Below are positions 28,502-34,805 of a DNA stretch of 34,805 bases, piece by piece (the first letter of the stretch is position 1; every line of letters begins with the position of its first letter). The DNA comes from an uncultured Bacilli bacterium. Lineage in GTDB: Bacteria > Bacillota_I > Bacilli_A > RF39 > UBA660. A program made the translations under genes and the position numbers. The stretch lies in NCBI GenBank assembly GCA_944363815.1, contig CALVVI010000002.1, forward strand, positions 1 through 34,805, written 5' to 3'. Below the pieces are notes generated by a model. The model had not been told where the DNA came from, did no database searches, and was given only the letters and a program-made list of their open reading frames with translations.

Positions 28502-30607
28502 ATGGTTAATAAATTTAGTTTTTCTATTAGTAAAATATTTAAAACAGCTGAAGAAGAGATGTTTACTTTGCATCACCCTTATGTTGGTAGTGAACACTTA
28601 TTATTAAGTTTATTAAAATTAGATAAGAATATCCAAAAATTAGCTAGTAAATATAATTTAACTTATGATAAATTTCGGGAAGAACTTATCTTAGTAGTTG
28701 GCACTTCAACGAAAAAAAGTTCTTTTGTTTTATATACGCCATTATTAAAAAGAATTATTAATTTAGCGATGGAAGATGCCCGAGAATTAGAAGAAGAATT
28801 AAATTGTATGCATTTATTTAGAGCAATGCTTGAAGAAGGGGAAGGAATAGCCATACGTATTTTATACGCTATGAATATTAATTTAGATGGTTTATATGAT
28901 GATTTGTCTAATAATACATCTAAAATCAATAATAATTTAGAATTATTAAAAATAGGGAAAAGCATGAATGATTTAGTCAATTCAGATGATTTAGTTATTG
29001 GGCGTGATAAAGAACTTAGTTTAGTTATTGAAACTTTGATTCGCAAGAATAAATGTAATCCACTTTTAGTTGGGGAAGCTGGAGTTGGTAAAACTGCTAT
29101 AGTTGAAGAATTAGTGAGAAAAATAGCTAAAAAAGAAGTTCCGACTTTCTTGCAAAATAAAAAAATAGTAATGTTAGAAATGGGCTCCTTAGTAGCGGGA
29201 ACTAAATATCGTGGAGAATTTGAAGAAAAACTAACCAAGGTAATAAAAGAACTAGAAAATAATCCCGATATAATATTATTTATTGATGAAATACATACAA
29301 TAGCTAATGCTGGTGGAGCAGAAGGGGCCATTAATGCTAGTGACATTTTAAAGCCCTATTTAGCACGTGGTAAGATTAAAATAATCGGAGCAACAACAAC
29401 AGCGGAATATAATAAATTTATTTTAAAAGATAAAGCTTTAAATCGTCGATTTGAGGTTATCAAAGTAATTGAACCAACAATTTATGAAACTGAAGAAATA
29501 CTAAAAAGAATTAAACCAAGTTTTGAGTCGCACTATAATATTAAAATTACTTCTCAAAATATTACCGATATTGTTAAATTAACAGATAAATATATTACTG
29601 ATCGTAAGAATCCTGATAAAACTATCGATATTCTCGATTCCGTATGTGCCATGAAAGAAGTTGCTAGTGATAATACAGCTAAAATTTTAGAATATGAAAA
29701 TGCCAAAAAACAAATAGTTACCAAAAAAGAGAATATGGTTAAATCACACAATTTTAAAAAAGCATTAGAATTTTCTTGTGCAGAAGTAAAAATAGATAAA
29801 GAAATAAAAAAGGCCACTAATCAAGCTTTAAAAATAACTGAAAAAGATATATTAACTCTTATTAGTAGAAAATGTAACATTCCTATTTTAGAAAGTAAGA
29901 CTAATTTTAAAAGCTTAGGAAAATATTTGAAAAATAATTTAATAGGGCAAGATGAAGCCATTGATAAAATCATTGACAACCTGCAAAATTATGATGAAGA
30001 CAAACCTCTTTCTTTACTTCTAACTGGTTCTACCGGGGTAGGCAAAACAGAAACTGTCAAACAAATTAGTAAATATTTAAATATGCCTTTGCTACGTTTA
30101 GATATGAGTGAATATAACCAAGACATAACCATTAATCGCCTGTTAGGTTCTAGTGCGGGTTACGTTGGTTATGATGATGGAGCAATATTTGACAAGATTA
30201 AAATGGAACCATTTACTTGTATTTTAGTAGATGAACTGGAAAAAGCTTCTCCTAGTGTTATTAATCTTTTTTTGCAAATATTAGATGAAGGTTTTGTAAC
30301 AAATGCTAAAGGAGAAAAAATAGATTTTAAAAATACTTTAATTTTTATGACTAGCAATGTTAAGGGGAGTAAAAAGATTGGCTTTATGGATACTAAGAAA
30401 AATTATAATGAATTCTTTTCAAAAGAATTTATTGCTAGATTTACTGATATCATCGAATATAATGATATCACTGAAGAAATGCTTGATATATATTTAAAGA
30501 AAAATAACATAAGTGATAAAAGTATTATTAAAAATTTTGATATTTCTAAACAAGGATTCCGGGGGCTTAAACATTATTTAGTTAAAGAAAACAAAGTAAA
30601 AAATTAA
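28502..30607 (+). CDS. clpC: ClpC-type class I AAA+ unfoldase (ATP-dependent Clp protease ATP-binding subunit), compact 701-aa form
   Basis: Clp_N repeats are present (HPYVGSEHLLLSLLK, CMHLFRAMLEEGEGIAIRIL). D1 has Walker A GEAGVGKTA and Walker B ILFIDEIH. A UVR-like linker is present (NFKKALEFSCAEVKIDKEI). D2 has GSTGVGKTE and ILVDELEKA, plus a KKIGF tripeptide loop. The C-terminal small domain is shortened. RBS AAGGAGGA. Confidence 0.88.
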   Translation: MVNKFSFSISKIFKTAEEEMFTLHHPYVGSEHLLLSLLKLDKNIQKLASKYNLTYDKFREELILVVGTSTKKSSFVLYTPLLKRIINLAMEDARELEEELNCMHLFRAMLEEGEGIAIRILYAMNINLDGLYDDLSNNTSKINNNLELLKIGKSMNDLVNSDDLVIGRDKELSLVIETLIRKNKCNPLLVGEAGVGKTAIVEELVRKIAKKEVPTFLQNKKIVMLEMGSLVAGTKYRGEFEEKLTKVIKELENNPDIILFIDEIHTIANAGGAEGAINASDILKPYLARGKIKIIGATTTAEYNKFILKDKALNRRFEVIKVIEPTIYETEEILKRIKPSFESHYNIKITSQNITDIVKLTDKYITDRKNPDKTIDILDSVCAMKEVASDNTAKILEYENAKKQIVTKKENMVKSHNFKKALEFSCAEVKIDKEIKKATNQALKITEKDILTLISRKCNIPILESKTNFKSLGKYLKNNLIGQDEAIDKIIDNLQNYDEDKPLSLLLTGSTGVGKTETVKQISKYLNMPLLRLDMSEYNQDITINRLLGSSAGYVGYDDGAIFDKIKMEPFTCILVDELEKASPSVINLFLQILDEGFVTNAKGEKIDFKNTLIFMTSNVKGSKKIGFMDTKKNYNEFFSKEFIARFTDIIEYNDITEEMLDIYLKKNNISDKSIIKNFDISKQGFRGLKHYLVKENKVKN

Positions 30608-30897
30608 TTAATAGCTCTTTTAGCAACGTCATAATAATGGCTACCCATAAACTTGTAAAAAAAGATTTAATTCTAGAAATTTGATATAATGCAATCGCAA
30701 AATTAAATTTGTGATGTCATATAAATATATAGGTGAAATATTAAGAAAAAATATCAAAAAAGGAATAGTTACATCTTTGATATTATCCTCTATTTTTAAC
30801 TGCTTTAAAAAATGCCCATGATATAACAATAAAATTGATAAAATTTACAAAGAATTAATGCTGCTTTTACAACTCTAAAGATGAAAGGGAATAAATT

Positions 30898-30984
30898 ATG
30901 AAGCTTGTATTTATTAGACATGGAAAAACGATGAAAACATTAGAGAAGGATAAAAAAATATGTTTAATAAGCAAGTATAAATAG
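30898..30984 (+). pseudogene. 28-codon fragment resembling the N-terminus of a histidine phosphatase (phosphoglycerate mutase family) gene
   Basis: MKLVFIRHGKT... matches the canonical start (hydrophobic strand plus the RHG catalytic motif). It then diverges and stops at TAG 30982-30984. It lies in a 580-nt non-coding gap. Confidence 0.3.
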
Positions 30985-31187
30985 AGAGGTAAATTATATT
31001 AGAAGTAAAATTATATGATTTAGGATATTGTGATGAGCATGAATATACTAGAGTGATTTGTATATGCAGGTATGCCAAAATTATACTTTCAATTTCTGCA
31101 ATTCATGAATCTATGCTAGATGCTGATAATTAAAATTCAGCATTTTTTTTACGATAAAACATATACTTGTTTTGGGAGGACAAGCAT

Positions 31188-33770
31188 ATGGGATTAAATG
31201 ATGCTGAAGTTGTAAAATCAAGAGCAGAACATGGCACAAATGAAATAACTAAAGTAAAAAAGAATACTTTTGTAAGATTGCTACTAGAATCTCTCGGAGA
31301 TCCAATAATAAAAATTCTTTTAATGGCTTTAGCAATCAAAGTAATAGTTTTATTTCGTAATTTTGACTGGTATGAAACTATTGGTATTTTAATTGCCATC
31401 TTACTTGCTTCATTCATTTCAAGTATTTCTGAGTATGGCTCCGAGCAGGCATTCAATCGTTTGCAAGAAGAATCCAGTAAAACTATGGCTCGAGTTAAAA
31501 GAAATGGTACAATCATTGAAATTCCTATCAGTGAAATAGTAGTTGGGGATATCGTTATTCTTAGTAGTGGGGATAAAGTCCCAGCGGATGGTTATTTAGT
31601 TAAAGGAAATCTAGCTTTAGATGAATCAGCTTTAAATGGTGAGACAAAAGAAGCCAAAAAGACGAGCTGTTATGGTGGTAATGTCCAAGATAATAATAAA
31701 GTTTATCGTGGCTCTGTAGTATATAGCGGTGAAGCAGAAGCTAAAATAACTTTGGTTGGAGATAATACAATAATAGGAAAAATATCCCAAGAATTACAAG
31801 AAGAAATTCCTGAAAGTCCTCTTAGATTAAAATTGCGAGGACTTGCCAAAACAATTAGTAAAATCGGTTATGCCGGAGCGATACTAGCATCAATTTCTTA
31901 TCTTTTTGCAAGCATTGTGATTGAAAATAATTTTGATATTTCTTTAATCAAAGCAACACTAACTGATTTCCCTATTATGTTTGATCATCTCCTTTATGCT
32001 TTAACTCTTTCTGTAACAATTATAGTTGTGGCTGTACCAGAAGGTCTACCAATGATGATTACGCTAGTATTATCAAGCAATATGAAACGGATGCTTAAAG
32101 ATAATGTTTTAGTTCGTAAACTTGTTGGTATTGAAACGGCAGGCAGTCTAAATGTGCTATTAACTGATAAAACTGGCACTCTTACTAAAGGAGTTTTAAA
32201 GGTAACCGAGTTTATTAGTGGTGATGGTAAAAGTTTTAAAGATATTAGTTCTATTAAAAAATATCCTATATATTCAACAGTTTATACTTCCCTTTTTTAT
32301 AATAACGCCAGTCTATTTAGTGGAAATAATATCATCGGTGGAAATTCAACGGATAGGGCACTATTAAATTTTATTAATAGAGATTCAACTATTAAACAAA
32401 GTATTTTGAAAAAAGAGCTTTTTGATAGTTCAAAAAAATATAGTAGCATTACATTAACTGATGGAACTATTTTTATTAAAGGTGCTAGTGAAGTAATATT
32501 ACCTAAATGTAGTGAGATTTTAACCAGTAGTGGTAGTATTAGTAAACTTTCTAGTAGAAGTATTATAGAAAAAAGAATAGATATGTATACTAAAAAAGCT
32601 GGAAGAGTCTTAACATTTGCTTATGGTAAAGACATAAATAATTTGATTTTTATTGGTTTTGTCAATATTAAAGATGAATTAAGGAAAGAAGCTTTTGAAG
32701 GTATACGCATTATCAAAAGTGCTGGAATACAACCTATCATGATTACGGGGGATGCAAGAGACACAGCGGAGTCAATTGCTAAAGAGGTTGGTCTTATCAC
32801 ACCAAATAGAAATTTAGTTTTAAGTAGTTCAGATTTAGCCAAGTTAAGTGATGAGGAAGTTGCCAAAAGACTTCCAAGTATTGCAGTTATTGCTAGAGCA
32901 CTTCCTCAAGATAAAAGTAGACTAGTTAATATTATAGAAAATATGGGACTAGTAGTAGGTATGACGGGTGATGGCGTTAATGATGCGCCGGCTTTAAAGA
33001 AAGCAAATGTGGGATTTGCGATGGGAAGTGGAACTGAAGTTGCCAAGGAAGCTGCAGACATTGTTATTCTCGATAATAACATTTTATCAATTAGTAAGGC
33101 TATTTTATATGGACGAACAATTTTTAAAAGTATTCGTAAGTTTATAATTTACCAACTTACAGTTAATACTTGTGCTTTAATTCTTTCAATTGTTGGTTCA
33201 TTAATTGGTATTGCTACTCCAATAACTATTGTGCAAATGCTTTGGTTAAATATGATCATGGATACCTTCTCAGGAATTGCCTTTTCTTTTGAACCACCAT
33301 TACCAGAATATATGGAAGAACCTCCTAAGAGTAAAAATACTAAAATAATGAATAGATACATGTATAGTGAAATTATTTGGACAGGACTTTATTGTGCTTT
33401 ACTTTGTATTCTATTTTTAAAACTTCCTATAGTTAAGTCGTTTATTAGAGTAGGAGAGCATAGTAAATATCTTATGACAGCATATTTTGCTATGTTTATA
33501 TTCATGGGAATTTTTAATGCTTTCAATGCCAGAACATCTAGAATTAATGTATTTGCTAATTTAAGTAAAAATAAAGTTTTTGTAGGAATATTTACATTCA
33601 TCTTTATTGCTCAGATATATATCATTTATAATGGAGGAACAATTTTTAGAACTTACGGTCTCGAATTGAAAGAATTAATAATAGTGTTTGCCCTGGCTTT
33701 AACAGTATTTCCAGTAGATTGGCTTAGAAAATACATATTAAAGAAAAAACATATTGCAATAGGTGTATAA
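31188..33770 (+). CDS. P-type cation-transporting ATPase, Ca2+-ATPase (type II, YloB/PMCA-like)
   Basis: The phosphorylation site DKTGTLT, hinge MTGDGVNDAPALKKANVGFAMG, the TGES-region equivalent, and 10 predicted TM helices are present. ATG 31188 lies 7 nt after GGGAGGA (31174-31180). The ORF-track TTG at 31167 was rejected. Confidence 0.9.
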   Translation: MGLNDAEVVKSRAEHGTNEITKVKKNTFVRLLLESLGDPIIKILLMALAIKVIVLFRNFDWYETIGILIAILLASFISSISEYGSEQAFNRLQEESSKTMARVKRNGTIIEIPISEIVVGDIVILSSGDKVPADGYLVKGNLALDESALNGETKEAKKTSCYGGNVQDNNKVYRGSVVYSGEAEAKITLVGDNTIIGKISQELQEEIPESPLRLKLRGLAKTISKIGYAGAILASISYLFASIVIENNFDISLIKATLTDFPIMFDHLLYALTLSVTIIVVAVPEGLPMMITLVLSSNMKRMLKDNVLVRKLVGIETAGSLNVLLTDKTGTLTKGVLKVTEFISGDGKSFKDISSIKKYPIYSTVYTSLFYNNASLFSGNNIIGGNSTDRALLNFINRDSTIKQSILKKELFDSSKKYSSITLTDGTIFIKGASEVILPKCSEILTSSGSISKLSSRSIIEKRIDMYTKKAGRVLTFAYGKDINNLIFIGFVNIKDELRKEAFEGIRIIKSAGIQPIMITGDARDTAESIAKEVGLITPNRNLVLSSSDLAKLSDEEVAKRLPSIAVIARALPQDKSRLVNIIENMGLVVGMTGDGVNDAPALKKANVGFAMGSGTEVAKEAADIVILDNNILSISKAILYGRTIFKSIRKFIIYQLTVNTCALILSIVGSLIGIATPITIVQMLWLNMIMDTFSGIAFSFEPPLPEYMEEPPKSKNTKIMNRYMYSEIIWTGLYCALLCILFLKLPIVKSFIRVGEHSKYLMTAYFAMFIFMGIFNAFNARTSRINVFANLSKNKVFVGIFTFIFIAQIYIIYNGGTIFRTYGLELKELIIVFALALTVFPVDWLRKYILKKKHIAIGV

Positions 33771-33794
33771 AATTTAAGCAATATGTCTTTTTTT
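33749..33794 (+). terminator. Hairpin plus T-run overlapping the ATPase stop codon
   Basis: ACATATTGC (33749-33757) pairs with GCAATATGT (33778-33786) across a 20-nt loop, followed by C plus 7 T (33787-33794). Confidence 0.5.
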
Positions 33795-33855
33795 GATAAA
33801 TTTTTCATTTTTCATGTGCTATTATGTCTTTGAGGTGGTTTTGGTGGATAAATCT

Positions 33856-34557
33856 ATGCTAGATTTATATCTTAAATTTAAAGAAATTAAAAAAATGGGT
33901 TATATTAAAAGTTGGAATAATCGGAGCAGTTCCGCAGGAATAACTTTTGAAAAAATATTAGGTAAAGAACAAGATGAATTCTTTTTGCCAGATTACAAAG
34001 GAATTGAAATTAAAACTAAAAAAGGATATAGTAAATCGAAAATAACACTATTTTCTGCTAATCCAGATTGTATGTACCTATACGCATTAAAAGGTTTAGT
34101 TGAAACGTATGGAGTAGATAAAAAAAGATTTACTACAGAATTATCTTCATTAGTAAAGCATCGTTATAATGGATATTATTTTCAAATATTTGTTGATTGG
34201 GAAAATAAACGAGTTGTCTTGTTAATATTTGATAAATCCTATAAACTAATTTCAGATGAAATATATTGGACTTTTGAACTTCTTGAGGAAAGAATTAATT
34301 TAAAATTAAAAAAGTTGGCATTAGTTAAATGCTGCACTAAAAGAAAAGATAATATTGAACATTATTGGTATTATCGGATTAATTTTTATAAAAACATTGA
34401 TTTTTTAAAGTTCTTAAAAGCAATTTAAAATGGTATTATAACTATCCGTTTTAAAATAGGAACATTTTTAAGTGGTCCCAGAATAGGGGAGATTCATAAT
34501 CATGGTATAGATTTTGCTATTTTAGAAAGTGATTTAAAAGAAAGACTAGGTTTATAG
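33856..34557 (+). pseudogene. MvaI/BcnI-family type II restriction endonuclease interrupted by a single in-frame TAA (34426-34428)
   Basis: The N-terminal part GITFEKILGKEQDEFFLPDYKGIEIKTKK parallels the BcnI GQILERQFG...LGDLGEFELKG region, with a PD...ExK motif at 33988-34014. After the TAA the same frame continues for 42 codons as NGIITIRFKIGTFLSGPRIGEIHNHGIDFAILESDLKERLGL to TAG 34555-34557. This matches the family C-terminus (G..H..G..FRI). ATG 33856 lies 7 nt after GGTGGA. Confidence 0.7.
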
Positions 34558-34562
34558 AGTAG

Positions 34563-34592
34563 CCAAGTGTACTACCGTTGTGCTGCTTGCTC
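34563..34592 (-). other. Inverted, degenerate copy of the 5' part of tRNA-Pro (acceptor 5' strand, D-arm, 5' anticodon stem)
   Basis: The reverse complement GAGCAAGCAGCACAACGGTAGTACACTTGG aligns by eye to GAGAAGTAGCACAACTTGGTAGTGCACTTGG of the tRNA-Pro at 34758 onward. The alignment gives 27 matches, 2 mismatches and 3 gap positions. No complete cloverleaf continues from it. Confidence 0.5.
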
Positions 34593-34615
34593 TGTCCAGT
34601 TTTTAGCAAAAACAG

Positions 34616-34644
34616 TTGCATTTTTCATATATTTGTAATATAAT
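34616..34644 (+). promoter_or_regulatory. Strong sigma-A promoter for the tRNA cluster
   Basis: TTGCAT (34616-34621), a 17-nt spacer, then TATAAT (34639-34644), about 21 nt upstream of the tRNA-Arg 5' end. Confidence 0.7.
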
Positions 34645-34665
34645 GATAATGCATTGGGAAATTCT

Positions 34666-34742
34666 GCGCCCATAGCTCAACTGGATAGAGCGCTAGACTA
34701 CGGATCTAGAGGTTGGGGGTTCGAATCCCTTTGGGCGTACCA
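34666..34742 (+). tRNA. tRNA-Arg (anticodon ACG), CCA encoded
   Basis: The manual cloverleaf is: acceptor GCGCCCA/TGGGCGT (G1-U72), D-stem GCTC/GAGC, anticodon stem CTAGA/TCTAG with loop CTACGGA, T-arm GGGGG-TTCGAAT-CCCTT, discriminator A, then CCA. Total length is 77 nt. Confidence 0.92.
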
Positions 34743-34756
34743 TTTATTTTTACAAA

Positions 34757-34805
34757 CGAGAAGTAGCACAACTTGGTAGTGCACTTGGTTTGGGACCAAG
34801 GGGTT
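34757..34805 (+). tRNA. tRNA-Pro (anticodon UGG), 5' portion only (cut by the window end)
   Basis: The sequence reads CGAGAAG TA GCAC AACTTGGTA GTGC A CTTGG TTTGGGA CCAAG GGGTT. The anticodon loop TTTGGGA gives UGG. The sequence is close to Bacillus tRNA-Pro as remembered. Confidence 0.85.

Noticed and set aside
28663-29346. A long (227-aa) minus-strand ORF inside the clpC-like gene
   Set aside because: It lies entirely antisense to a strongly recognisable AAA+ D1 module. It is S/L/I-rich and low in complexity, and it has no RBS. It is typical of the long shadow ORFs seen in AT-rich genes.
30641-30829. A 62-aa minus-strand ORF in the gap after clpC
   Set aside because: It has no RBS and no recognisable motif, and it lies in an AT-rich region where such ORFs arise by chance. 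It is kept only as part of the gene-debris observation.
31130-31516. A 128-aa minus-strand ORF overlapping the start of the Ca2+-ATPase gene
   Set aside because: It is antisense to a well-supported P-type ATPase N-terminus, and it has no motif and no RBS. The same reasoning applies to the other minus-strand shadows at 31994-32179, 32621-32866, 33149-33361 and 33389-33601.
1-34805. Possible Mollicutes genetic code 4 (TGA=Trp), suggested by the AT-richness and the Mollicutes-like RpoB RRDR
   Set aside because: TGA clearly terminates ORFs (9305-9307 with an ATGA restart, and 13828-13830). All large conserved proteins read through intact under the standard code.
1-34805. CRISPR arrays, rRNA genes, intact IS elements or prophage genes
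   Set aside because: Reading the intergenic regions revealed no regularly spaced direct repeats, no rRNA-like sequence, and no intact transposase, integrase or phage structural gene. Only short remnants were seen.

Overview
AT-rich (roughly 30% GC by eye, not computed) Bacillota-type chromosomal segment. It uses the standard code: TGA is a stop at 9305-9307 and 13828-13830, so this is not Mollicutes code 4. All convincing genes but one are on the + strand.

Core content:
- ybxB/rsmC-like methyltransferase, rpoB, rpoC, murD and lysS.
- A polar amino-acid ABC transporter followed by a tight arginine deiminase operon (arcA-arcB-arcC), then two YfcC/ArcD-family permeases.
- A compact clpC-like AAA+ gene, a P-type Ca2+-ATPase, and the start of a tRNA cluster (tRNA-Arg-ACG, then partial tRNA-Pro-UGG).

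Accessory or unusual content:
1. A translationally coupled Fic (auto-inhibited class II architecture) plus DUF3419-like SAM-binding gene pair, wedged between the rpoC terminator and murD.
2. An uncharacterised envelope locus between murD and lysS. It ends in a divergent pair: a class B sortase with a ~270-aa extra N-terminal cytoplasmic domain, and a small cohesin-like secreted protein with a non-canonical C-terminal sorting signal.
3. An RpoB whose rifampicin-resistance-determining region natively carries K and D at the positions equivalent to E. coli Q513 and H526.
4. An orphan MvaI/BcnI-family restriction endonuclease interrupted by one in-frame TAA. Next to it is an inverted 30-nt fragment of tRNA-Pro.
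5. Small gene remnants: a transposase N-terminus at the left edge and a histidine-phosphatase N-terminus at about 30.9 kb.

No CRISPR array, rRNA or intact mobile element was seen. All family assignments come from motif recognition by eye and need HMM/BLAST confirmation. Several ORF-track starts were moved to downstream start codons that have proper Shine-Dalgarno spacing.
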